Source: Macrostomum lignano (Eukaryota). Taken from it: a stretch of 64,000 nt of DNA. The position numbers were made by a program, and so were the translations under genes. Location of the stretch: positions 800,781 through 864,780 of the forward strand of contig NIVC01000150.1 in NCBI GenBank assembly GCA_002269645.1. The letters are read 5' to 3'. This document shows, piece after piece, positions 25,061-50,571 of this stretch. The notes under the pieces are model-generated. The model was not told the origin of the DNA, did not search any database, and saw only the letters and a program-made list of their open reading frames with translations. The number at the start of each line of letters is the position of its first letter. The first letter of the stretch is position 1.

Positions 25061-26881
25061 ATGAAGTGTTGTATAAAACTATACTGTGGCTCTTGGGAGA
25101 ATACTAAGATATCAAGGCTCACGGAGAATAACTGAGATGTAAATGATTACGGGAGGATTTCTGAGATGTCAAAGCAAAAGTCAGAAGCTACATATAGTGT
25201 ATTCAAATTTTGTATTACATTCTTTGTTGGCTCAACATGGTGGGTGCTGATAGAAGAAGAGTCATATAAAAAAGAAAAGGAGCACTACGTAGACATAAAA
25301 GAAGTGACATGTCAATGTTGAAAGATTCATTTGCAAATTGCTATGATGTCAAGGCTTGGAAGGAATTGTTATAGTGCTGTGATTCTTAGGGAGGAATCAC
25401 TAAAATGTCAAGGCTTAGGGGAGAAGAATTGCTGAAATTTTAAGGCTTTAGAGTTGGATTAAAGTTAGGTTTAGGTCAGGTTTGGGTTTTGGGTTTAATG
25501 GGTTTCAAGGTTGACAGGGGATTTTTCAGATTTCAAGGTTTATGGGAGGCATTGCTAAGATGTCAAGGGGGAAGTTGATATGTTAAGGCTTGTGGGGGGG
25601 AATTGCTGACATATCAACACTTACAAGGGACTGCTAAGGTATATTGCAAAGAGATGCTACATGTAGTTTATTAAAAAAAACTTGTATTATATTCCTAAGG
25701 TAAGGATAAGGAATAAATTGGGACAAACATTGAAAACATTAAAGTTTTTGTATTATAGATAATTATTTTCTAATCTAATTATCTAATATTATACTAATAT
25801 TTTATAAATATAATTGATTAGACATAATTGACTAATTATTGCAACAATAGCTATTATATTACAAATAAATAGTAGAGACAGACTAGATATAATAGAGATT
25901 CAATGCTGTAGCCATCTTGGTATGTGGCCTTCTTGGTCTTATACTTATACTAAAAAAACTTGCATACTTATATACATATTGTTGACCATAGTCTCGTGGA
26001 TACACCAGCCACACAAGAACATTTTTTGGCTACCAGAGAAGTTGTGTGTAAAATCACCACGCAAAGATTCTATCTTAACAATCAGGATTCCCAAAATAGG
26101 TTTTGGTTGTTTTAGTAAGAAGTTATTTTGTTTTGATAATAGACATTTCAATGACAAATAGTCTAGTATATATTTCATACATCAAGCATGTAAAACAAAA
26201 ATGTTGACCAAGAAAGGACGTGTACAGAATAGTGGATTTTTGCCAGAAAAGTGCATGATATATTTTTGGAATTAAATGTAGCAATAGTAATATTAGCACT
26301 AATATTAAATTACTAAAGCTCCTTCAGTGCCAATTTATTTTCATGTTTTTTATTCACATGCACTTTTAATTTTTTACTTTTTATGCAGAACATGTCATTT
26401 ATTTTTGGGATGAATTTCACCTGGGCAAATAGTCACTTTGATGACAAGTTGCTTTGCCTCTAGTTACAAATATACTATAACAAAGGGAATATGTTTGGTT
26501 TGGTTAATGGCCATTTAGTAATAGGGATTTTATAATATTGATAGTCTAGTTTGTAATTTTTTGTTCACATGTATATTTTTATAGCCTATTTAAAAATATA
26601 TATTTAAATACTATCTAAATATACTAAATCTCTAAGGTTTGTATGCTTGCTTTAAAATACTATATATGATGTAGCAAAAACACTGTATGTAGCTAAAATT
26701 AAAAACTGTCCTTATTAGATCCTTCAACTATTTCTCATAGTTTTATTTTCTTTAAAAACATTTGCTCAACTAAATGCATTCAAAAAATTCAAAATAGGCA
26801 TAACATATTTGACTAATAGCCTTAGCTCAAATAGTGATTTTTTATGATTAATATTCATAATCAATCCTAGTCAAGGATTAG

Positions 26882-27732
26882 GGTCTGTTCCTTGTGTAAG
26901 AGACCATTTTTAAGGCCAATATTCACATGAGTTTTGAGGTCTGTTCCTTGTGTAAGAGACCATTTTTAAGGCCAATATTCACATGAGTTTTGAGGTCTGT
27001 TCCTTGTGTAAGAGACCATTTTTATGGCCAATATTCACATGAGTTTTGAGGTCTGTTCCTTGTGTAAGAGACCATTTTTATGGCCAATATTCACATGAGT
27101 TTTGAGGTCTGTTCCTTGTGTAAGAGACCATTTTTAAGGCCAATATTCACATGAGTTTTGAGGTCTGTTCCTTGTGTAAGAGACCATTTTTATGGCCAAT
27201 ATTCACATGAGTTTTGAGGTCTGTTCCTTGTGTAAGAGACCATTTTTAAGGCCAATATTCACATGAGTTTTGAGGTCTGTTCCTTGTGTAAGAGACCATT
27301 TTTATGGCCAATATTCACATGAGTTTTGAGGTCTGTTCCTTGTGTAAGAGACCATTTTTAAGGCCAATATTCACATGAGTTTTGAGGTCTGTTCCTTGTG
27401 TAAGAGACCATTTTTATGGCCAATATTCACATGAGTTTTGAGGTCTGTTCCTTGTGTAAGAGACCATTTTTATGGCCAATATTCACGAGTTTTGACGTCT
27501 GTTCCTTGTGTAAGAGACCATTTTTAAGGCCAATATTCACATGAGTTTTGAGGTCTGTTCCTTGTGTAAGAGACCATTTTTAAGGCCAATATTCACATGA
27601 GTTTTGAGGTCTGTTCCTTGTGTAAGAGACCATTTTTAAGGCCAATATTCACATGAGTTTTGAGGTCTGTTCCTTGTGTAAGAGACCATTTTTATGGCCA
27701 ATATTCACGAGTTTTGAGGTCTGTTCCTTGTG
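26882..27732. repeat. 56-bp tandem array (~15 copies) directly upstream of RPL9
   Basis: Unit GGTCTGTTCCTTGTGTAAGAGACCATTTTTAAGGCCAATATTCACATGAGTTTTGA. Confidence 0.95.
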
Positions 27733-27788
27733 TGTATGAATAACACAGCCTCACTCAGCATCCTCATGTTACATCGCATGCAGTCATC

Positions 27789-28361
27789 ATGAAGGTGATA
27801 AAATCCTCGCTCAGCCTGAAGATCCCTGAGGGTGTCACAGTGACCGCGAACTCGCGCATGGTTCGCGTCAAGGGCAAGCGAGGCGCTCTGTCCCGCTCTT
27901 TCCGCCACCTGTCGCTCGACATCAAAGTGTCTCCGAACGGGCGCACACTGACCGTGGAGAAGTGGTTCGGCGTGCACAAGGAGCTGGCCGCGGTGCGCAC
28001 CGTCATCACCCACGTGCGCAACATGATCAAGGGCGTCACTTACGGCTTCCGCTACAAGATGAAGTCCGTGTACGCCCACTTCCCCATCAACATGGTGATC
28101 AGCAAGGCCGGCGACTCCATCGAGATTCGCAACTTCCTCGGCGAGAAGAACAATCGGACGGTGAACATGCTGCGCGGTGTCACCGTGTCCCAGACTGGCG
28201 TCAAGGACGAGATCCAGCTTGAAGGCAATGATGTCGAGGCCGTCAGCCACGCTGCCGCTCTAATCCAGCAGTGCTGCTGCGTGAAGAACAAGGACATCCG
28301 AAAATTCCTTGATGGCGTCTACGTTAGCGAGAAGACCACCGTGACCGAGGCTGACGATTGA
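27789..28361 (+). CDS. RPL9: 60S ribosomal protein L9 (uL6), CDS without introns
   Basis: FRYKMKSVYAHFPIN, IEIRNFLGEK and VKNKDIRKFLDG motifs; 190 aa; AATAAA ~100 bp downstream. Confidence 0.97.
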   Translation: MKVIKSSLSLKIPEGVTVTANSRMVRVKGKRGALSRSFRHLSLDIKVSPNGRTLTVEKWFGVHKELAAVRTVITHVRNMIKGVTYGFRYKMKSVYAHFPINMVISKAGDSIEIRNFLGEKNNRTVNMLRGVTVSQTGVKDEIQLEGNDVEAVSHAAALIQQCCCVKNKDIRKFLDGVYVSEKTTVTEADD

Positions 28362-28629
28362 ATTGATTGACTCGATTTTCGGATTGCCGGACTGACTGGT
28401 GCCCATCAGGTTGCTAAGGATTTAAGCTTGGCCTATTAGAGCGAGCCTGCTGATTAGCCGATAATAAAATCGTTGGATTAAGAAAAATTGCAATTCTTGA
28501 CTTATGCTTTGGCTTCTTTGTAAACTCCTTGCTTGAACTAATGATGAGCATGTTAAGCATCTGTGGTCGTAAGTTTAAAAAGGATATTGTCTCGTTAATC
28601 TTCGAGTAGCTTCGAGTCCCAGATTAGCG

Positions 28630-28995
28630 AATCTAAGTCCCATCTATACCTGTGAATCTCGGTCCTATACCTATGATTCCCAGTCCTATAACTGTAATTC
28701 CCAGTCCCATACCTGTGATTGCCAGTCCCATACCTGTGATTGCCAGTCCCATACCTGTGATTGCCAGTCCCATACCTGTGATTGCCAGTCCAATACCTGT
28801 GATTGCCAGTCCCATACCTGTGATTCCTAGTCCCATTCCTGTGATTCCCAGTCCCATACCTGTGATTGCCAGTCCCATACCTGTGATTCCCAGTCCCATA
28901 CCTGTGAATCCCAGTCCCATACCTGTGAATCCCAGTCCCATACCTGTGATTCCCAGTACCATACCTGTGAATCCCAGTCCCATACCTGTGATTTA
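28630..28995. repeat. 21-bp minisatellite (CCCATACCTGTGATTGCCAGT)n
   Basis: Direct repeats; source of the 7-aa periodic ORFs. Confidence 0.93.
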
Positions 28996-29018
28996 CATCC
29001 CATCCCAATTGTATTCTC

Positions 29019-31922
29019 ATGGCAACCTTTAACGGGTTTGAGCCTCCTAGCGAGGCCGCAGCCTCAGTGCAGCTGCATCGGCAGCAGCGCCACCTACCGG
29101 ACGGCGGCACCTTCGTGCAGGTCGATCGCAGTCGCAACGGCTACGACGTTTACGAGTTCGACTCCAAAGGCGAAAGAGGTGGAAGCAATTGCGGAGGCTG
29201 GGATGCCGCCCCATCAGCTTCGAACTTCAACATCTCTTCTTTGCCTACGAGCGCGCCAGTTCAGTCGTTGCGCCGTTCCTCTTCGTGCGCCGAGTCGTTG
29301 CAGCAGCCGCGGCGTCAGCAACAGCAGCAGCAACAACTCAAAGACACGGTGTCAGACCTGTGGAACTCGTTTCGGTACTCGTTGAATTTGAGCACAGGTC
29401 TCAGATTGTCCAAGTCTCAGCCGGTTTGCTGCCTGGGCGCTTTCTATGATACGAACCAGCCAGACCAGACCAAGCAGCTCGCCTCCGATATGGGCTCGCG
29501 GTTTTTTGCCTGCTACAGGTGAGAATCCCACCTTCGGAATCGGCAGGTTTTTTATAATGCTTCGCTCCCGTGCATCACACATCCCCTGAAAATATTTCTG
29601 TATTTTCTGAAGGTTTAAAACAATCTTTTTAATAGTTTAAAGAAATTGCCAAAAGAGTTTTTCAGAATCGCCCTGAGAGTTTTTTCAGAATCGCCCTGAG
29701 AGTTTTTCAGAATCGCCCTGAAAGATTTAAAAAATCGCCCTGAGTGTTTTTCAGAATCGCCCTGAAAGATTTAAAAAATCGCCCTGAGTGTTTTTCAGAA
29801 TCGCCCTGAAAGATTTAAAAAATCGCCCTGAGTGTTTTTCAGAATCGCCCTGAAAGATTTAAAAAATCGCCCTGAGTGTTTTTCAGAATCGCCCTGAAAG
29901 ATTTAAAAAATCGCCCTGAGTGTTTTTCAGAATCGCCCTGAAAGATTTAAAAAATCGCCCTGAGTGTTTTTCAGAATCGCCCTGAAAGATTTTCAGAATC
30001 GCCCCGAAAGATTTAAAAATCGCCCTGAGAGTTTTTCAGAATCGCCCCGAAAGATTTAAAAATCGCCCTGAGAGTTTTTCAGAATCGCCCTGAAAGATTT
30101 TAAGAATCTCCCTGAGAGTTTTTCAGAATCGTCCGAAAGATTTTAAGAATCGCCCTGAGACATTTTAAGAATCCCCTGATGAGAGTTTAAAAGAATCGCC
30201 CCGAGAGTTTTTAAGAATCGCCCTAGGAGTTTAAAAGGATCGCCCCGAGAGTTTTTAGGAATCGCCCCGAGAGTTTTTAGGAATCGCCCCGAGAGTTTTT
30301 AGAAATCGCCCTGTTTAAAAATTTAAGAATCGCGCTGTGAATTTTTATCTTGAAAATTCTCTTGCTCTACTGTCAGTAATATACAACTTCAAGTATTATA
30401 TAACTGCGCATATTAACATCACAGGAAGAATTTCGAGCCAATCGTGCTGTCGCCCCAGCAGTCAAACATGGCCAAGAGCGGCAGTGGCGCCAGAGAAGTC
30501 ATCGGCCGCCGGCAGTTCAGCACAGACGCCGGCTGGGGCTGCATGTACCGTTGCGCTCAGATGCTGCTTGGCAACGCGCTGCAGATGCTTCATCTCGGCA
30601 GAGGCTGGCGAGTGCAGCAGGAGCAGCGGCAGAGGCAGCAGCCTGCCGGTCAGCAGCTGGTTGGCCAGCTGTTGAATCTGTTCAACGAAAGCACCGGCCA
30701 GTTGTCGCTGCGTCGGCTGCTCCAGTGCGCTAGCGGTGCTCCCCCCGGCCGGTTCATCGGGCCCGCCACCGCTGCCGAGGCTGTTCGACAGGCTGTGCAG
30801 GTGCGACCTGAATTACTGATTACCTAGGATGGGATTCTGATCCCCTTTCATGGGATTCTGATCCCTTTCATGGGATTCTGATCCCTTTCAAGGGATTCTG
30901 ATCCCCTTTCATGGGATTCTGAACCCTTTGATGGGATTCTGATCCCTTTGATGAGATTCTGATCCCCTTTCATGAGATTCTGATCCCCTTTCATGGGATT
31001 CTGATCCCCTTTGATGGGATTCTGATCCCCTTTAATGGGATTCTGATCCCCTTTAATAGGATTCTGATCCCCTTTGATGGGATTCTAATCCCCTTTGATG
31101 GGATTCTAATCCCCTTTCATGAAATTCTGATCCCCTTTGATGGGATTCTGATCCCCTTTGATGGGATTCTAATCCCCTTTGATGGGATTCTGATCCCCTT
31201 TGATGGGATTCTGATCCCCTTTAATGGGATTCTGATCACCTATGCTGGGATTCTGATCCCCTTTGATGGGATTCGGATCCCCTTTGATGGGATTCTGATC
31301 CTTTTTCCTGGCTTTCTGATCCCCTTTTCATGGAATTCTGATCCCCTCTCTTGGGATTCTAATCCCTTTCATGAGATTTTGATTTGATTCTCTTATATGG
31401 GATTCTGATCCCCTTACATTAGATTCTGGTCCCCTTTCATGGGATTCTGATCCCTAATACTGAAAGTCTAATGCCACAAAGCGAGATTTTTTTATATCCA
31501 TTCGGGGACTTAATCCAATAGAGAGGCTCGACTAGATTCAGGTTTGCAGACGCAGTATTGAGGTGGTTATCAGCATTCGAGTCGAAATGAAATAAGCCGA
31601 TGCAACACCCTCTGAATCAAGGAGGCGTCCTACGAGCCGATGCTGGCCACGCTGAGCGTGCTGGTGGCCCGGCAGTCCTGCATCAACCGGGACCAGCTGG
31701 CCGAGATGCTGCGACCCAACGCGTTCCGTGACAATCGGGCGGTGCTGCTGCTGCTGCCGCTCTGGCTGGGCGGGGCCCGCCAGGCCAACCCCATGTACCT
31801 GGCCGCGCTGCAGGTGAGGAGGCGGCCCGACTGACATGGGGCTTAGATACAGATAGACAGAGAGAGACAGACAGACAGATAGACAGAGGCAGAAAGGCAA
31901 ACAGACAGACAGACAGACAGAC

Positions 31923-31954
<32 letters not shown>

Positions 31955-31981
31955 CACAGACAGACAGACAGACAGAAACTA

Positions 31982-32062
<81 letters not shown>

Positions 32063-32651
32063 GGCAGGCAGAGAGACAGACAGACAGACAGACAGACAGG
32101 CAGGCAGGCAGGCAGAGAGACAGACAGACAGACAGCCGCTTCTCTCAACATTCCATTCTTTTAACCGCCAGGTTCTCCTAGGCGACGAGGCCTGCGTCGG
32201 CATGCTGGGCGGCCGGCCCCGCCACTCTGTTTACATATTCGGTTACCAAGGCGACCGGCTGCTATACCTGGACCCGCACGTGTGCGAGCCGGCCAGCGCG
32301 GGCCCCGGCCTGCACTACCGAGCCCGACCAAGGCTGGTGCGCCTGCCCGAGCTGGACCCCAGCTGCGCCCTGGGCTTCCTGCTGCGCTCCTGGCCCGAAG
32401 CCGACAGCTTCCTTCGGCGCGTTGACGTCTGCGCGGCCAGCCCGCAGGATCGAGCAGCGGCAGCCAGCGCCAGCGGATCCTACTCGGCAGCGGCCACCGC
32501 CCTGCCGCTGTTCTCCATCGGTACAGACGCCAGCCAGCGGGAGCACGAGTCCTACACTGAGCTGGAGGAGTCCCTGCTGCGGGTGCACCAGATCAGCTTT
32601 CACAGCGATGGCTACGCCACTCTGTCTACTGACGAATACGTGTTCCTTTGA
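29019..32651 (+). CDS. ATG4: Autophagy cysteine protease ATG4 (C/D-like), exons 29019-29518, 30425-30800, 31622-31813, 32172-32651, ~515 aa
   Basis: YR|KNFEPI across a phase-2 junction; catalytic Cys in DAGWGCM; Asp/His in YLDPH; [10 protein letters not shown]; C-terminal LIR-like DEYVFL*; all junctions GT-AG and in phase; the start codon is less certain. Confidence 0.92.
29650..30335. repeat. 22/45-bp minisatellite in ATG4 intron 1 (AATCGCCCTG core)
   Basis: Alternating AATCGCCCTGAGTGTTTTTCAG and AATCGCCCTGAAAGATTTAAAAA units. Confidence 0.92.
30828..31455. repeat. 21-bp minisatellite in ATG4 intron 2 (ATGGGATTCTGATCCCCTTT[C/G])
   Basis: Direct repeats, each with an internal GGGAT..ATCCC inverted repeat. 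Confidence 0.92.
31846..32135. repeat. (CAGA)n microsatellite in ATG4 intron 3
   Basis: Direct tetranucleotide repeat. Confidence 0.95.
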
Positions 32652-33317
32652 TGTTCGCCTCGTCTGTCCATGCCCTGTCGCATTGATTTTTATCATTCTC
32701 TTAGCATTCTCAGATCTCTTTGCTTAGTTGCTAGTCCACCTTGAAAACTAAATTTATTCACTAATCCTCCCTAGTCCCCAGGATTAACCGCTAATCCCTC
32801 CTTATGTCCAGGACTACGCACGAAACCTTCATTGTCTCCAGGATTAACCGCTAATCCTCCCTAATCCCCAGGATTAACCGCTAATCCTTTCTAATCTCCT
32901 GGACTATTCGCTAATCCTTTTAATTAAATGAATTACCCATAAATCATCCCTAATACTCAGGATTCTTTGCTAATCCTTCCGAATGTCAAGGCTTGGTCAA
33001 CAGCGCTAAAAAATTTATGTTCACACCTGTCTTCTGTCTACAGGTTTCGCATAAAATGGGCTTGTTTTTTTAACCTGCAGGCGCAATTTGTATCAGTTTT
33101 GTTTAAACATGAATTCGAACATTTATTTTTCATTCATCGGATTCCCCCCCTGAGTTCTTGGCATTGTTCTTGTGTTGCTTGTTGGTCTGGGTCTCCATGA
33201 CTCACCGGATTTTTTTCTTGCTTCTGTCAATTTTGCGACTTGCTTTCTGTCGTCAGGGCCATTCATTTTGCTATTAAGTCTGACCTCGATTGGGCCATCT
33301 AAATTTGTTATGAGTAT

Positions 33318-33765
33318 CTTTCATCATCAAAATCTACTGTCTAAAATCTGCCATCATCGAAATCTACCGTCTAAAATCTGCCATCAACAAAATCTACCGT
33401 CTAAAATCTGCCATCAACAAAATCTACCGTCTAAAATCTGCCATCATCAAAATCTACCGTCTAAAATCTGCCATCATCAAAATCTACTGTCTAAAATCTG
33501 CCATCAACAAAATCTACTGGCTAAAATCTGCCATCATCAAAATCTGCTGTCTAAAATCTGCCATCAACAAAATCTACTGGCTAAAATCTGCCATCATCAA
33601 AATCTGCTGTCTAAAATCTGCCATTATCAAAATCTACCGTCTAAAATCTGCCATCAACAAAATCTACTGTCTAAAATCTGCCATCATCAAAATCTACTGT
33701 CTAAAATCTGCCATCATCAAAATCTACCGTCTAAAATCTGCCGTCATCAAAATCTACTGTCTACA
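33318..33765. repeat. 30-bp minisatellite (AAATCTACTGTCTAAAATCTGCCATCATCA)n
   Basis: Direct repeats giving a 10-aa periodic ORF. Confidence 0.93.
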
Positions 33766-34241
33766 AACTGCAGTATTAGAGAAGTTGCCATCTGTAATAT
33801 TTTTGCTATTCACAAAAATGAATATATTTGATTCGATTTCATTCATAGAGTTTGATAATCGCAAATGCTTTGTGTGATTCTCCGCGCATTAAATTCATTC
33901 TTGCTTTGAAGAATCCAACCCACCGTGAGTCTTTCACTTAATGAAAAATACACGAAAAAAGTACTATATAAATTATGAGACTTTGAGCATATTTATTATG
34001 CTAATGTACTTTTGTAATTATGATTATGTACACTCGCTGTATTTCTATTTGCTTCATGTAATATGTGATTAATCGATCTAGTATTTGAAAACAGTTAAAT
34101 ATACATTAGTTGCTATGCGGAACGTAAGATAAGGAATACAAGCAGATTCTGAAAACCATCTTTGTATGGTGTGAAAGAGTTCGTACACAGGTTCCAAAAA
34201 TTTCTTGTTAGTTATTATTAAGTTAAATATTTGCTAGACTA

Positions 34242-34567
34242 GGTTGTAGCCTAGTGGTCAGAGCGTCGGATTCACGACTTAAAGGTCGGGGGTTCGATTC
34301 TCGACCCCACTCGGAACAATTTGTGTCCTTGAGCAAGAGACACTGAACTCTGCATTGCTTCAGTTCGCCCAGCTGTAAAATGGGTGCCAGCATTAGCTGG
34401 GGTAATTGAGGCTGTGTGTGGCGACCCCCCCAGTCCTTGGACTGAACAGCCGTACGCAGCCTTCAGATGCGCCGCGCAATAGCTGCGGCTGAGCTGTCGG
34501 TTGCACATCTGGCCATTAGGGCGGGTGAATCAATTATTGTTATGAATATTATTATTATTATTATTAT
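34242..34567 (+). mobile_element. tRNA-derived SINE with a CORE/V-like central domain
   Basis: A box TAGCCTAGTGG, B box GGTTCGATTC (34291); TGTGTCCTTGAGCAAG...CAGCTGTAAAATGGG resembles the CORE/V-SINE domain; (ATT)n tail. Confidence 0.8.
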
Positions 34568-34587
34568 CAGACTCCATGTTTACAGCT

Positions 34588-34660
34588 CTTACCTGACTTA
34601 GCTGCAGGGTGGTACGTAGACACAGCGGGGAGGCGAGGGTCGCCCATTCCGCTAACCACT
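34588..34660 (-). mobile_element. Very short 3'-end fragment of the same LINE family as 19861-20320
   Basis: GACTTAGCTGCAGGG...CGCCCATT(C/T)CGCTAACC is shared with 19868-19940. Confidence 0.6.
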
Positions 34661-34932
34661 AATCTTAATTACCTCCACTCCAGGCTAAAAATCTTACTAA
34701 CATTTCCGTAAACTACTAACAGTAGCGTTAAGGCAAATCGACCTCAGACCTATGATTCCCGACTACAATTGCTTCGTTAATTAATTAAAAATGTGATCAT
34801 TTTTACGAATTATATAGATTTATTTTTTGTTCATTAAAAATGAGGAATTGTACAGAGGGCGGGTATTATTAATCCTGGTTAATAGGCAATATAATATAGT
34901 TATTATGCAAGTTCACTATGCAATTATACAAA

Positions 34933-35490
34933 TCAGCGAGTTCGCCGGAACTCCTTGACCAGCCGGCTGAGCTCATGCATGGATTCGTAGATGCCGTCGC
35001 CTGTCGTGGCCGTGGCGCCCTGGATGTGCCACTGCCGGCCAGTCAGCTTGTGCAGCCCCAGAGCTCCGGCCAGCTCCGACACGCTGACGGCATGCGGCAG
35101 GTCCTGCTTGTTGGCGACCACCACCACAGGGACTCGGCGCATCTCGTCCGCCTCCAGCACGCCCAGGAGCTCCTGGCGGGCCTCGGCGAATCTCTCGCGA
35201 TCGGCGGAGTCGACGATGAACAGCAGGCCTTCAGAGTTCTGGTAGTAGTGCCGCCACAGGGCGCGGATCCGTTCCTGGCCGCCGACGTCCCAGACGGTGA
35301 AGCTGACGCCTTTGCAGGGCCTGACCTCTTCAACGTTGAAGCCGATTGTGGGAATTGTGGTGACCGTCTCGTTGAGCTTTACCTTGTACAGGATGGTGGT
35401 CTTGCCTGCCGCGTCCAGGCCCAGCATCAGCACCCGGGCCGGCGGGCCGTCGGCGAAATTCTCCAGCAGTTTTGACAGCCAGACGCCCAT
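34933..35490 (-). CDS. ADP-ribosylation factor family small GTPase (ARF/ARL-like), intronless, 185 aa
   Basis: Gly2 myristoylation site, [25 protein letters not shown]. Confidence 0.95.
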   Translation of the reverse strand: MGVWLSKLLENFADGPPARVLMLGLDAAGKTTILYKVKLNETVTTIPTIGFNVEEVRPCKGVSFTVWDVGGQERIRALWRHYYQNSEGLLFIVDSADRERFAEARQELLGVLEADEMRRVPVVVVANKQDLPHAVSVSELAGALGLHKLTGRQWHIQGATATTGDGIYESMHELSRLVKEFRRTR

Positions 35491-36661
35491 AACTTCGAAT
35501 TGTAGTTTTTACTGCTTAAAGGCTTAAAAGGCTTGTTAGCTTTGGCGGCTTGTTCTTGCTCCCTTCAAACTTGGGAGGCTGGTCCTATATTTATGCTGTT
35601 CGTGCTCTCTGGGGTTGGCATACTCCTCCAGCACAGTTTCCTCCAACGCGTAACCCGCCATGCCGCTGTGAGCTTTTGCAATATTGCCAGCGTGGAAGAC
35701 TGTGTTAAAGCTTTGGTAATGCTCTGTTGCTAAAAATAGATCTTTCAGACCGCTGCCGGGCTGGCTTCGTCGCTTGAGCTAAAAATAGCCTAGCTCTTGC
35801 CTCCAGAGTGGAAGGGAATTGCCAAAGTGCCACGCTGGATTGCTGGAAGATAACCTCTGATGGGCGCGAACCACTGCATTTCAGATTAACCCAAGGAAAA
35901 AGGGAATTAATTTAAAGATTTTATTGAATTATCTTTATTAGCATTAAATTGCCACTTGATTGCAGAGTTCGAAGATGGAGGAGAGGGTAGATAAGAGAGG
36001 GAGACGGGGGAGAGGGGAGAGAAGTGAGAACAGCAAAGTGTGGATCAGCAGTTTGCCGCATCAGAGAAGAAAATAACAGTAAGCATGCTAATCACGGGTC
36101 TCTGGACCGGTCCTGTTTATCTCGCCTCAAACGGAAAGCGTGCCGCAAAAGACAGGAAAGATTTCTATAGAAATTGGGTGTCGAAAACTGCAATAGCCGT
36201 ACGATTTTCTGCTTGATAAAAAGTCTGTCAAAGAGGAGCCGCGGCAGCGAGGCGCCACTGGACCTGCGGGGCAGAAACTAATGAGAGGACAGACAGTCAA
36301 AGGCGCGTGACCGAGCATGCACCTGCGGCGGTGTCCGGTGAACTCAGGAAGGCTGAGAGAAGTCGCGGTGCCCCTTTTTAGTCGAACAAAAGAAGACGAA
36401 AGGAAGCTTTCCAGTTTCGAATTTCGCTCATTCCCCAGGAGCAGCAGAGGGGAGTAGAGGGATAAAAAGAATGAGCTCGGGCCTCCAAATTGCTTCTCCG
36501 CTGTTCCCAGTCTGTAATTTCCAGTTTGAACTGGTCATATATAAACGCTTTTTTCTCCGAGGCTGGAAAAGTGGAGCCACTCTAGCGCGGACGGCAACCT
36601 TCTATATAATAAGTTGGTTATTTCGCAGATTTGCCAACCTCTTGTGGCAGATGCAGGCGGA

Positions 36662-49346
<12,685 letters not shown>

Positions 49347-50571
49347 CAACTGCGAGTTTTTTCTCTACCCGAGATGCGTGTTTGACGGCTGTAATTTTTC
49401 TGCCCTGGCAGACCACAGGGCTATTGATTGATTGACAAAGCAAAACATTGTTTTTGTTGTGAGTTGGACTTGTTTTCATTAGGTCTCGCACCTAATAAAC
49501 CTTATTAGGTCTCGAACAGCTCAAGTCGAAGGATTCTGCACTCTCTCGCAAATCACAGGAGGACCGGTTCTCGCTGCAAATGCAATAGTTGATTAGGGAT
49601 TTCTTCGTTGTGATGTAACTTTTGACCTTGCACAGTCGCTATGGTTAGTATCCCGAGAAAAAATGATGTTTAAGGCAAAAAAATCAGCCCTGAAGGCCAG
49701 CTATCTAGCCTAAGATATCAGCATCTCCTGTGAGACTTGGAATCAAAGCCTCTTGAGCATTGGCATCTCAGCAATTCCCCTCAGCAAAAGGCAAGCAGGC
49801 GTTTTCTCGATGGGCTATCCATATGATATTCTAGAAACACTACCGAAGACAGGCAGGTCAAGCAATGCTCCCATCAACTGTCTCCATCAACACACGCTTT
49901 ATACTCGTATTTCGCAGGTTTTCAATCATTTTTTATCAAAACTCAACTAGAATAGAACAACTTGTGATGCAGTCCTTTTACTTTAGTTGTCCATAGCGCC
50001 AGTGTTCCATGTTGTTGCTTTTGAAATTACTCTGTAGTTGGCACGCTGCCAAGTAGGGTCAGTACCGCTGCTACACAAGGCTGAGCCTGTTAGATTTGTT
50101 GATAGGAAATTTCCTTGTTTATTAATATAATGAACAAGAAAATTTTTTTATAGAAAGTTTGTCCCCAAGCCGCCGTAAAAAAGCAGGTTTGGAACTGGCT
50201 TCACAACCTCTGGCATGAAGTTGCACATCTGGCATGCTCAGATTTCAATAAAGTTGATTCTACTTATAAACTGACGTTGCTATAGCAACAGTCAGTGCAC
50301 TATTTTCCATTCTGCTTCGAGTTTCTTAGTATTGCTGCACAATGCATTAAAAATTGTTTTTAACTTTTTAACTTTTTGAATTAAAAATTTTATTAACTTT
50401 TCAACAAGAATTAACAAAACTACCGGGCAGATTTTACTCAAATACGTCGTAAAATGACGACGGAGTTATTGTTAGCCATAGTATTGTAAGAAGCAGCACA
50501 ACACACTGAGGTACCAATAATTACTGCTTAGTAGTGAGTTGCGAAAATCATTCGCAAACGAAAGAAATCCC

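Noticed and set aside
22304-26648. 36-bp direct repeat ATCTAAATATACTAAATCTCTAAGGTTTGTATGCTT at 22304 and 26613 as possible LTRs
   Set aside because: Too short, no TG..CA ends, no TSD/PBS/PPT, and no retroelement coding remnants recognised between the copies
26882-27732. CRISPR-like appearance of the regular arrays
   Set aside because: No unique spacers, no cas genes, eukaryotic context
34242-34320. tRNA gene
   Set aside because: A/B boxes continue into a CORE-like body and an (ATT)n tail, so it is a SINE head rather than a clean cloverleaf
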